Origin: Bigelowiella natans CCMP2755
Taxonomy: Eukaryota > Protista > Cercozoa
NCBI GenBank assembly: GCA_000320545.1
Contig: ADNK01000400.1
Location: 1-40,285 of the forward strand
Reading direction: 5' to 3'
Length of the DNA: 40,285 nt
Shown here: piece by piece, positions 26,031-37,410 of the stretch
How positions within the stretch are numbered: position 1 is the stretch's first letter
Layout of the letters: the number at the start of each line of letters is the position of its first letter
Position numbers and translations under genes: made by a program
The notes under the pieces: generated by a model
Seen by the model: the letters and a program-made list of their open reading frames with translations, nothing else
What the model was told of the DNA's origin: nothing
Database searches by the model: none

Positions 26031-26445
26031 ACAGGAAACGAACAAGACAGAGACATTCCCAAAGTGTCCACCGAAAGGACCATCGCATCGATTCATCCCT
26101 CTTCAGTTCCCAAGGGAGTAACACGGAGTCTGTGACTGCTACAAGTGCAAAAAGAAGAGGAAGAAGAAGAAGAAGAAGCAGCAGAAGAAGAAGTGTTGGA
26201 AGAATGCCAAGAAAACCAAGATCAAATCATCGGCTTTGCAACGTGTGGAGAAGGATCACGAGCAATGTTTGGTTTCATTATTTCCATGTCGCACCATCGG
26301 AAATACATGCTGTTTCTCGCCGAAACGGCCGGGCACACCCGTTGCAGAGCGCCCATTTACAGAAGCATTTCATCTCCGAATCGGCAGGATGCTTCTCATT
26401 TTCTTTTCGCGTCAAGAAGATTTCGGCTGAAATTGTTGTCTATTC

Positions 26446-28251
26446 ATGCTTGCGACACGAAAGTCTCCCCTCGAGGTGAAGGTCAGCCAACAGAATGGAT
26501 TTGGACTGGAGATGGGGTTGCCCGCCGTGCTGCGAGTACCCGGCAAACCTATCTCAACCCCATGGAGGAAAAGATCACTCTGGCAAGGAAAATTCTTCAT
26601 ACTTGTGACTACTCTAGTGGTCACCTGCTTTATTCCTTCCTCACCTCCAAGGCCAAGAAGATCTTTGTGTACAGAAAACTTGCGAGACGGCTGCTCACTA
26701 AGTTTATCACCTCTGCCGTCCTCAGCTCCACTGCGGGAGGGTCAGCGGAGACAAGATGCCGCATTTTCCCAACTAGTATCATCTTCAAATTGGGGGCTGT
26801 ATCTCTCCAGGCTCCGGGGAGGGGAAGATGGTTTTATATTTGGAACAGCAACAGGTGCGGAGATTCTAGACACTGCGAAAGTCGACCTATTGCGCTCCAA
26901 AGAGCACGACAAAACTTCAGAAATAAATGGTATACCAGTTGCACCCTCAGCTACTTCTACTATCAATGCTGAGGTGCTGAACCGGCAGAATGGAACTACA
27001 CGCACAAGAGAATCCAAAATCTCCGAGCGTCGCCTACGCTCCTCGAAAAGTGGGGGCTCGTCTGCAACGAAAAGGGGAAAGGAAAGGGATAGGAGTGAGA
27101 GAAAAGAAAGAAAACGTGGTCTCCGAGACAGACGAGGAGCGTCTTCCGCACGCGGGAAAGATCGTGATCGGTCTTCCTCCCGGGGGCAAGATCGGCGACG
27201 ACGAGAGCAACGGAGGCCAACACGAACAAGCGGTCGCCGTCGTCTTCGGTCACGGTCTCGACAGCGGCGACGTTCTACTCGCCAGCGTGGAAGGTCACGT
27301 TCTCGCGATAATCGGCGTACATATAAAGGGCGGGGAAGAGATCAAAGACGTGATACGAAAAGGCGCCGACGCGGAGGCGACTCGCGCTCCTCCTCTTCGT
27401 CAGATAACAGTGATTATTCGGAGTATTCTTCCTCCTCTTACTCCTCAACATACTCAGAATCAGAATCAACTGATGAGCCAAGGAGACGCCGTCGAAAGGG
27501 TGGCCGTCGATATAATGATAACGCAGGATATGAAAACGGGAGGAGGAAAGGACGAGTCAGCAAAGGAGGAGGACGAAGAGGGAGAGCCAATGAGTCCTTC
27601 TCAATTTATAGGTCGAAATTAAATAAATCCTCCACCAGTGCACTGAGCATTGATAACGAAGTGTTGGATGAGATCCTGTCTCGCAAGATATACGTGGCCG
27701 GTTTCGCCCCTTCAACGCGAGAAATCGACCTCAGAATGCTCTTCGATAGTTGCGGCGAGGTGAAAGAGATCTTCCTCCCCCACAACAGGAAATTCGCCTT
27801 CGTCGAGTTCACGAACAAGGACGGTGCTGACAAAGCCATTAAGGAAAAATTCGGAACTGTTTTGAACGAGCATAGGCTCAACGTGGTCGCCGCAAGAAAG
27901 AGGAGCTACACCCCGCAAAACAAGCCATGCAAAGAGTTGTTCGTCGGGGCTATTCCGTACGGAACGCAGCCGGCCGAGGTGCAGGACATGATGGAAGTAC
28001 ACGCTGAAGTGACAGGAATCATAATGAAAAAAGCCAGTCTCCCAGGGACTCAGTCGTATGCCTTTATTCGTTTTGCCTCAACGGAAGACGCTGCGAAAGC
28101 ACTCGAGGCTTGGAGTGGAAAAATGTTCAAAGATTCTGTTCTTCGGATAGATTATGTGGCGGGGAGACATCGCCGTCGATATCCCCCGCTCCTTTCAGAT
28201 CACGTAGGCACTGCACTACCAACTGGCTCCTACATCACAGATTTGAATTAA
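26446..28251 (+). CDS. Intronless 601-aa RS/RD-rich, two-RRM RNA-binding protein (SR/U2AF65/RBM39-like layout) with N-terminal targeting-like leader
   Basis: Single ORF. RRM1 has KIYVAGF (RNP2) and RKFAFVEF (RNP1); RRM2 has ELFVGAI and QSYAFIRF. RSRSR/RDR tract precedes them; hydrophobic FFILVTTLVVTCFIP then LSRLRGG near the N-terminus. Confidence 0.85.
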   Translation: MLATRKSPLEVKVSQQNGFGLEMGLPAVLRVPGKPISTPWRKRSLWQGKFFILVTTLVVTCFIPSSPPRPRRSLCTENLRDGCSLSLSPLPSSAPLREGQRRQDAAFSQLVSSSNWGLYLSRLRGGEDGFIFGTATGAEILDTAKVDLLRSKEHDKTSEINGIPVAPSATSTINAEVLNRQNGTTRTRESKISERRLRSSKSGGSSATKRGKERDRSERKERKRGLRDRRGASSARGKDRDRSSSRGQDRRRREQRRPTRTSGRRRLRSRSRQRRRSTRQRGRSRSRDNRRTYKGRGRDQRRDTKRRRRGGDSRSSSSSDNSDYSEYSSSSYSSTYSESESTDEPRRRRRKGGRRYNDNAGYENGRRKGRVSKGGGRRGRANESFSIYRSKLNKSSTSALSIDNEVLDEILSRKIYVAGFAPSTREIDLRMLFDSCGEVKEIFLPHNRKFAFVEFTNKDGADKAIKEKFGTVLNEHRLNVVAARKRSYTPQNKPCKELFVGAIPYGTQPAEVQDMMEVHAEVTGIIMKKASLPGTQSYAFIRFASTEDAAKALEAWSGKMFKDSVLRIDYVAGRHRRRYPPLLSDHVGTALPTGSYITDLN

Positions 28252-28254
28252 ATA

Positions 28255-29320
28255 CCTAGTTTGTGCTGGAGTAAACTGCAAGCATAATCTTGGTAATTGT
28301 GATCTGCAAATTTTCATCTAGCTTCGTTCATCTCATCACGGATACATAGCTGGATGGCCCATGCCATTGTTGTTGCTAATCTAGTGCATATGGCAGTAAG
28401 CATAATAAATGGTGATGAGCAATGACCTTTATCTCGTTATTATTATATTTATGCGTTGCTGCTAGGATGATCAACTATGTTCCTACGTACAGCACAGCTA
28501 GCTAGCTAGACAGGTTGAAGGCTAGCGTGCACATAATGTAACACAGTAACTAGAGTAAGAACTGCCAAGAAGCGCACTTTATTTATGCGCGCCCAAGCTT
28601 TACTAGTTTACATTGCATCATGGAGTGCATACTGCTAGACTAGCTAGGCGATAACCACCGTGCAGTACTAGAGTACTGTCGTATATATGTAAACATGTCT
28701 GAAGATGTCGCTATCTCCTAGCTAGCTCTAGAGCTAGAAGTAGCGACTGTTACATATTTCATGCGGTACTAATAATGTAGCCACAGCATTTGCTATATAG
28801 CTACATTAGTGTCTAGGTGTGACTATTGAAAAATGTAATTATAATTATTTAATTACATTACACCCGTCTCTCTATTACGATAGCTAGATAGAGAGATCTT
28901 TACTATCTAGCTGTGCTAGTTTGGTGTGGCGATGTCAAGTAAAGCTAACGGTCATCTAGTCATATCTAGATATTGCGATGTATAATTATGGAAGCTACAA
29001 TAGCGCATAATAATAATAATGATAATAATAATAATAATTATAGATACTGATAGCTTCATTGCAAGCGATGACATACAGATAGGGAAGCTGCTCGCATCGG
29101 TTGCCGCAGATATTTGTGAAGCACTTCACATGTATGCATATGTTGTGTCATCATACGATGACAGCTATTGTAGGCAAGTGATGCAATAATAAATTGAATG
29201 CTCTGGCATCATGGTCTTACTCTAGTTATTGTTCTGCCATTCACCGTGCAGAGATATCGTAGGTCAGCCGACTATGCAACGATAGCTAGATACTAGATCC
29301 ATAGCTCCTATTCTAGTGCT
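28255..29320. other. CTAG-rich intergenic spacer between convergent RRM and HAD-like genes
   Basis: About 28 CTAG by hand count in about 1070 bp, including tandem GCTAGCTAGCTAG; no ORF. Confidence 0.85.
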
Positions 29321-29453
29321 GTGTTTCAGCCTTCTCCCTTTTTTACATGGGTGCTATAGAGCAAGTCGTGCTGGTTGACACGCCAATAATCTCCCATGAC
29401 GCTCTTGATTCGTCCACATTATGCAATATCGATGAATAGCAGCCTTATTCCCC

Positions 29454-30234
29454 TTATTCCACTTCGATTCCTAGGTACCTGTTGCAACGCGATGAAAGAC
29501 ACATCAATCAAGAGATTCTGGGCAACCTTGACAACGTACGTAAGAATTCGTTCCCCCCCTCCCCCTCCCAACTCTTTTCATTTCCTCCCCCCCCTTTCTG
29601 TTTCAGCCTCGCTCAGTACTTTTCCCATGCCAAGTCCATAGCTTCTTCCCAATCCTTCACCTGATGAAGGGAGGGGAGGGGGAAAAGGTGGTAAGGGGGC
29701 GCAGCTGCTTGCTAACCTTTTCTTTACTTACATATTACCTAAACCACAACAGTGCTTACATACAACAGCAGCTACTAGGCGTCGTCGTTTCGTGAAAATG
29801 GGGTTAAGTAGTATGTGTCACACCACTCGTGTAGTTACTACCGTGAACCCCGTCTCGTCGTCAACTTGCACAGCAACCACCTACATGGCAGGCACGCAGG
29901 CAGGGAGGCAGGCATATAGCAGCAGCAGCACCACCACCAGCATTACCACCACCACAGCCACACGGATAATCAGTATCTATGCGACACACGGCTCTATGCG
30001 TCGTCGTCGTTTTCGGCTTCATAGCACTTGTGTGGTAGTAAACAGACAGACGGATAGACAGACACACAGTACATAGTCGTAGTAGTAGTAATTATTGTTG
30101 AAGTAGTAGTAGTAGTAGCGCTTACTACTGTAATCCATAGTTCTATTACATTTGCCTTGAGAGCTTCACTGATGTTCCTCTCTCCATCGTCGAACAGAAT
30201 AACCTTTGTGATTATTATTTAGGAGAGATTATCA

Positions 30235-30275
<41 letters not shown>

Positions 30276-32190
30276 ATCGTCGTCGTCGCCGTCACTATCA
30301 CAAGTGATTATCGTCTTCTATTGACTATAACAACAATCCGCTCCTCCTCCTCCATCATATGTATTGTTGTGGCTAACAATCGCACGGGAGAAGCTGTTTT
30401 GGCGTTCATGAATTGCTACGAACCTACCACTATCAATACTACCAAACTACTATTACCTCATCACTCGCTAAGGATTTGCCCGTGGCCTTTTTATACTCCA
30501 CAGCAATCTAATGCACGAGTTATAGTCAGCACACACAAACACACACACACAGACACACACACACACACACACACACACTCACTGTATTCACAGACTCGAG
30601 TCACTTTTTAACTTTTATCCCCCCCCCCCCCCCCCACTCAACGGCAACCTTGTACTACTCAGGTAGCATTACTACTTTCTACTACATCTACTACTACTCG
30701 ACCTGGGAGATGTGCCATTCCTTACTATTGGGCATGGGCTTTTCCTACGCATGGGAGTGACGGTGGTGAAACAACAAAGAGGAGGAGGATGGTTGTTGCT
30801 ATTGTTGTTGTTGTTGCCGTTGTCGCTACGACTACATCTCCAATGCAGCAGCAGCAAGCAGCAGCAAGGCGTATTATCATCACCACCACCTTAAACTCTG
30901 GGTCGAATCTATTCCGATAATCAGGAAATGCGGCCTTCACATACAGTTTCTGACCAAGCACCGTACCCAACCGACGAAGGGGAGCACAAAAAGACAGCGT
31001 ACAGCAGACGAACAAACAACCCGACCGACCGACGGATCAAACAGATAGCATCACAGGACATCTATCAGCCAAAGCGAACTTCCCACAATGCACTACTAGC
31101 TAGGCAAGCAGGAAGCAATCAATGCACCACTGCAACAACAAGGACAGCAAGCCGAGGTGATGAACTATGTACTACTGACTGCAGCGAGAGCATACTTACC
31201 TCGTGTACGAACTCCTTGGCTTTCTTAATAGCGTCTTCCAGCTGTGCGCAAATTAATAATAGTCACGACGTGTAGAACGGGGTAGGGGCGACACCACAAT
31301 GATAACTGTCTATGCATGTATGCGCTTCTTACTGCTGCTGCTGCTACTACTACTACTACAACTAAAAATAATAATAAACACCAATAATGATAAAATAATG
31401 AAAACAAGAATACTTTCATTGTCCGGTCCATGAGCATCCAATGTCGTCTCAGCGCATGGAACACCAGAGGCCTGACGAGCTTCTCCCCACCGAAGGGGTT
31501 TTGTGCAGCTTGGGCCACCTGTTTGTTTTTAATGTTTGTTGTTTAAGTTTATCAAGTGGAACACCGCCGTTCAAGATATGGTAGAAAGGAGAGGAGGAGC
31601 AGAGAGAAAGGTGGTGGCCGTGGCTTATCAGAGAAGTACAAAGAACGATACATAATCCTGCCAGGTTTCAAAGCAAAACAAAATACTGCTAAATATATAT
31701 TAAATTACATATGCATATCTCTTCTTCCTTTTATTTTCTCCTTATTTTTTTAATTGACTAAATATAACGGCTACTAGATAGATGATGCAGTGTTTTGGGT
31801 GGTGCCCATTTTGACTCTGGCTTATTCCCCCCTCCCTACCGGCCATAACCCCGCATTTCGAACAACCATTTCATCTGAGAAGGTAACAACGCCAACTGGG
31901 TAGCCGCGGTGAATCATCAAATCCATCTAAGATGTGATTGGAAATAATGATGATGATGATAATGATGGTGAATATATTGCACTTCTCTCCTTATCTCACC
32001 CCACTGGCATAACTACTTTGAATAATAATATTGCTGACCAAATAAACATAAGCCTCGGTGACTTTCTTCGATAACGTCTGTATCTTCTCCCTGGTGTGGC
32101 CTTGATGTGTTCACCATGGCACAATGGCACTTATTTAGATATTTGTGAATACTTTTGGTTTGTGCAGTATTTACACGCGCGCGCAAACAC

Positions 32191-32261
<71 letters not shown>

Positions 32262-33726
32262 ATCATGCGGGCATTTATGCAGTATAGTTTCATGCCAAAA
32301 ATTGTGATGGCCTGTAGGATTGTCCTACCCCCTGTGTGAATCTTGAGTAGACACAAGTCCATATCCCAGAGGGTCTACCCATGTTTAAGGTTAAGGGCAG
32401 AATAAGAGCATATTCACACACGCACACACACACGCATAACCGTCTTTATTTTTGAGATTAATTACATGTATGTGTGCATAAATACTATGTACATTCAATT
32501 ACATATCTGCACACACAAATGCATGGTAGATATGTGCACGGGTGTTTTCCAATAACAAGTGGAGAACATGGGCGGTCGTTCCGAACTCTTGCTTTCCCCC
32601 CTCTCCGCTATACGCACATGCAGCATACGTACCACTTTTATTGAGGGTGGAGGCATGCGTAAAAGGCCATACATCTCTATCTGCGACTTGGTCTGCAAGA
32701 AAGTGCAACAATCCACATCGTCAGGTGCTTGGAATGCGCGCGATTTCGCGAGTTACTACCAGGACACTAATTCTATGCAGAAAACGCTGCGATGACAATC
32801 ATTGTTCCCACACTGATAGATAGTTACCTTTCTGTACACTCTCACCCATGGGTAGGGCTTCCTCTGCGAACACATACACACTCTCAGCTTATTTGAAAGT
32901 GTTTTTGTCTTAAAAATTGGTATCTATTCTATGCGTACGTGATAGATATGTTCATGTTTGCATGTATGTACTAGCTTGAGAAGCTTTCCGAACTCCTCTG
33001 TCGACGTCCCTTTCACGGGATAGTCTTTTCCTGGAGGCATTAACAATCACACCGAGAAGCAAAAAGGAACAGGTGACATCAAGTTAACAGGAGTACCATA
33101 TCACGATTATGAACTGGGTTTGCAAGGTGTGTGTACGTGTACGTGTGTGTGTGGGGGGGGGGGGGGGTGGGTGTTGGTGGGTGTTTGTGTGGTCAATCGC
33201 GCAGCCCCCTTCTCTTTGGGGTGTTGTGCTATTTGCTTTTCGTACCTTTGCAAATGAAGTCCACAATAATGTCAGACTTTGTTAACCGTGATCCTGGTCG
33301 CGGGTTGATAACCCTCCAATTACCATCCCTAATAATAATGCCCATCATCATCGATCACTTTTTGTTTTTAAAATACAGGAGCAATATGCATGTATGCGTG
33401 CGCATGCATGTGCTGCCCTATTCATGGAGATCGTTGACTCTGTCTGTCTGTGTATGAGTTTGGCATATACTCGTCTTTCTTGAAATCTTTTGTATCGACG
33501 TCACTGGAGAATTGTAGGAAAAAATGCTGGATCTGACGAACACATCATGCAATGGTGGATATTGTAAGGTCACTTTAACGACAACTATGTTCTGAATCTA
33601 CATTAGCACTTCCGAAGTTGTATCATTTCCACCAATTTATCATGTGGGCTAGAGAACAGGTGAAATCCACCCTCGAAGTCAAAATGCCTTCACTAGCCAC
33701 AGACAGGAGGTGCGGGGGGGGGGGGG

Positions 33727-33769
<43 letters not shown>

Positions 33770-34418
33770 CGGCAGATTTGTATCATAATCTTCGCAAAGA
33801 GGCAACAACCTTGTTTCTTCCCAGCCAAGCAATGATTTTGGGGACCTATAAAGATTGAATCATGAATTTTATTGATTCTTCTTGCTAGTCACATTTTATC
33901 GATCCGGTTCGCATGTATTCACTGTATTAAACTCATCGGTGTAAGGGAAAACCAGGACGTCCTCTTTAGAAACCATTTTCCGAATAACTAAAGGGTACTC
34001 ACGTCAATTCCGTCGTAAGAGGGAAAGTTCTCCAGGAATCCCAGTAACCTCCTTTTATTCACGGCTGCTCTCAAGGGTCTTTCCTGAATGCAACACCAAT
34101 GATGTGAGGCGAGCATCTTAGATATCAAGCGCTACGTTAATTCTTATTGTATTTTTTCATATTATTTCCATCACGACGGTTGAAGAGAAAAAGATACGTC
34201 TACTTTTAAGACACCTGCTACCACCCTTCAACGGTTACTACCTTTCCGGCAGCGATATTGGCCTTCTTCTCTTCAAAAAAATCGGTGAACTGCTTGAAAT
34301 TCAATTTAGGGAATTCTTTCAGAATGAGATCAATTAACAACTCGAGGTTGCGAATCTTGTGAACCCGGGACCCATTAACCCCAATCTCGGCCTCGACTTG
34401 TGATGTATATTGCCCCAT
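29454..34418 (-). CDS. HAD-superfamily phosphatase-like protein with unknown N-terminal region and probable N-myristoylation site; about 21 short exons
   Basis: In-frame GT-AG exons give IKVTLWDMDLCLLKIHTGG (motif I DxD), PVGVVTFSD (II), GGEKLVR, PNSKEWHISQ (III), VILFDDGERNISEA (IV), VQVDDETGFTVKDW. Starts MGQYTS. One internal exon near 33610-33670 and the last exon are uncertain. Confidence 0.72.
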
Positions 34419-35424
34419 TTTTCAGCTGATGGGTTTAGATTTCCTCAGTTGTTGCGCTTCTAAATTATTATTAGATCATAAATCAAACGCTAAATTGCAG
34501 AATCCCGGACAAAACTCTTCGATTTCTGTTCTCCCGTTATATTCTCTCCACTATAGTCCCCATTGTTGCATTTTTTCGATGTAGATAGACTTCTATGCTG
34601 TGAGATTGTGTGTGTATGAAAAAGTCGAGAGCGCATGCAAACACGTGCCATCAATTGCACAAGGGCTTCGTTCCCCAAAAGGAAGCGTGGTCGCTTTGCT
34701 GTTGGATGACCTGTGTCCCTCCGATGCCAACGCGGAGAGCGTCTTTCAATCGAGATACCGAGTTTGGCTTCAGCAGCGGCTCCCAGAATAGCTTTTCAAC
34801 CTCACTCACACGGTAATCGCCCTTTTTTGTGCTAAATTCCTTTTCTTATCATGTCGTACATCGATGACTTCTGTTTTTTTTTCCTAGAATGCGCTTTCGT
34901 CGAAGCGATCATTATCTCAAAAGGATGTTCGCCTGTAGATCCTGTACAATCAAATTTTCTATGTGATGTTGATTCTGCGTCAACGATTATTGGTTACAAA
35001 GAGGGTAAAAATCTCTCTGAACAAAATTAGTGGGGTTCCTTTTAAGTCTTAAAAATTGGAATCACTTCGCTGCCTGATGGCATCCGTGCAAATTTTGATG
35101 CTTCACGAGGCACTGCGTTTCGTTCTTTGCAAGTTGATCATCATGTTTCTTTCTTTCATTCCACGTCTGAGTCCTTTGGGTCACTGCACCATTTCATTCC
35201 AAAAACTTCATCATGGTTTTGGATCTCAAACCTCCGTGTGTGGGTTTGGCAGAACAGGAGGTCGTGGATGGGGAATGCTGGAACGCGCGAAACCTCATGC
35301 ACAAGCTGCAAACACATGCACGATTTCATTCATTCACTACTCATTTGATGCGATTCATATCACAATGTGTCCTTGCGTGCTGGTGTGGGCTCAACACGTT
35401 CTGGGCGTCACGATCGTTGCCCTC

Positions 35425-36345
35425 AAGCTAGCTAGCTAGCCCTGCTGCCCTGTTGCACTGCAAGGTCACCTGTGCGTCTGGGGCCGTGGACACGCTGGAT
35501 TCCCTCAACTCATCGCCTCCGATGATCTTCCAGTGCCCAGTCGTTGCTTCATTCATTTGGCTACATCATCAATTGCATGATCTGACAACCGTGCTAGCGT
35601 GCCTAGCTAGCTCTGGAGCAAGCGCTAGCTAGCAGGTCTAGAGGTGTCGTGCTGGCTAGCAGCTGGCTCATTGCATTCACTTGCACTGCAGGCTTTGCAG
35701 CAGGGTTGCATCCAAGCGCAGAACTGGATCGGAGAACAACAACGCCTTCTTCTTGTCTGATGAGCGTTGTCGCATGCAATGCATCATCGACCCGATCAAT
35801 TCGCGATTCACGCGCTGCGAGCTTGCGCTTTGTGACAATCTGTGACAATTGAGTGACGTGACAATCGCTAGATCGTCTTCTGTTGACTGACAACAACATT
35901 CCGCTCCTCCTCCATGGCATGCTAGCTAGCTAGCATGTCTAGATGTGCATTGCAAGATCATTGCTAGATTGTCGATCTAGTAGTTGTTGTGGCTAACAGC
36001 TAGTTGTCGAACGGGAAAGCCGTTGTTTTGGCGTTCGTGATGAATTATTGCTGTACGTCGATCTAGCTGCTTGCATGCGCATGCAAGCGCGCATGCAAGC
36101 ACATCGGATCAACAATGCAATGTGAATTGCACATGAGACACGCTGATCCACGCTAACACGCACGAATGATGCATGCATCATAGCGCACATGTCAACAACG
36201 CAGTGAAATTCTGTGTCAGCTATGCAGCCAAGATGCAACGTATGATGCCATCTAGCTACTTCTATATTCGAGCGGAGCAGTCTATCTAGCAGTGCAGTGC
36301 GTGCATCTCATGCTGCAGGACATGTGCTACGTCTAGACGTGCACA
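35425..36345. other. CTAG-rich intergenic spacer downstream of RPS19
   Basis: About 22 CTAG by hand count in about 920 bp, several as (GCTA)n tandems; rich in GCATGC/TGCA. Confidence 0.85.
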
Positions 36346-36418
36346 GAAACAACGCGCCTCTACTACACCTACCAGATGTCTGGCACACTTGTAATACACA
36401 CACAACCACACAAATGCA

Positions 36419-36466
<48 letters not shown>

Positions 36467-36626
36467 GTGCGCCAATTTATTCTTCAGAGGGCCTTCCGAA
36501 CGGTTATGTCTTCCTATTCCAATGATATTAGATGGTGTGAACGATGTTTTTTATGTGAGGCTTTACATGTATCGCTCAATTACATGCTTATCAGTATCTA
36601 ATGTTGATTTGCACACTTGAGATGGC

Positions 36627-37410
36627 TTATTCGGCATTCTCCTCCTCCTCAACTTCTTCTCCTTCAACTCCTTCCTCAACATCTTCAGCTGGTTCAGCGA
36701 GTGACATTTCATAAAATTCTGGCCTCTTAAAGCCCGAGATTAGTTGCTTTGCAATAACGTCAAGGGTCTTTTGTCCGGTGGATGTGATGAATCGTCCCCT
36801 AAAAAAATTGGAAAAGAGATTAGAATTATTCTCCATCTATGTTAAATACTTTTTTGTTACTTTAGCCTAAATATAACATTTGACTAAAACTAAAATGTCT
36901 AGTTAATGTATCTTTAAAGATTCCGAATATGAAAAGATGAGGCTTCGCAACAAAGAGTAGGTTCACTCTTATTTTATGTGTGAAGCAAAAACGATATCAG
37001 CTCGAAAATCAACAGATAACCGTCTACAACCTATAACTAAGAAATTACTTTTGTCCTTTTTTCTTCTGCACGATTTTTATGTCATCCAGCTGTCTGAGGA
37101 TGTGTCTAAGGATTCCTCGAGATCCGCGCTGGAAGTGACACTTGCGAGTTCCCTTCCTTGCGCTGCCACCGTAAATCCTTGCTAGACCTCCAACTCCAAC
37201 ACCTCCTTCCAAATAAACCTTGCGAGCAATAGAAGCTGCGCGTACAAAGTAGAAATCAGGGTCGTAAGGTCCAAGCTCTTTAAAGGATGCCGTCTTGATG
37301 TATCTGCAATACTCAGGAACTTCAAACTGGCCGCCGGATTTGAAATGCTCAGCAAGAGCCTTGATAAAGGGAGCAGCAGGAACGTCCTTTACGGTAGCAG
37401 CCTTAGACAT
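36627..37410 (-). CDS. RPS19: 40S ribosomal protein S19 (eS19)
   Basis: Exons 37410-37049 and 36798-36627: TVKDVPAAPFIKALAEHFK, KELGPYDPDFYFVRAASIARKVYL, GRFITSTGQKTLD. ATG is directly preceded by cag, implying a 5'UTR intron. Confidence 0.97.

Noticed and set aside
26145-26972. 275-aa ORF overlapping the RRM gene in another frame, also 26990-27622
   Set aside because: Non-ATG start for the first, no recognisable domain, and explained as stop-poor shadow frames of the real CDS.
30618-30655. VAVE-coding segment resembling the next exon (IAVE), a possible mutually exclusive exon
   Set aside because: Only about 11 nt of similarity and no compatible downstream acceptor phase.
34045-34065. Suspected frameshift in HAD-like gene exon 2
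   Set aside because: Recounting the T run shows the frame is intact (AVNKRRLLGF).
35603-36238. ORFs within the CTAG spacer as possible transposon or viral relics
   Set aside because: No transposase, reverse transcriptase or integrase motifs; no terminal repeats or target-site duplications seen.
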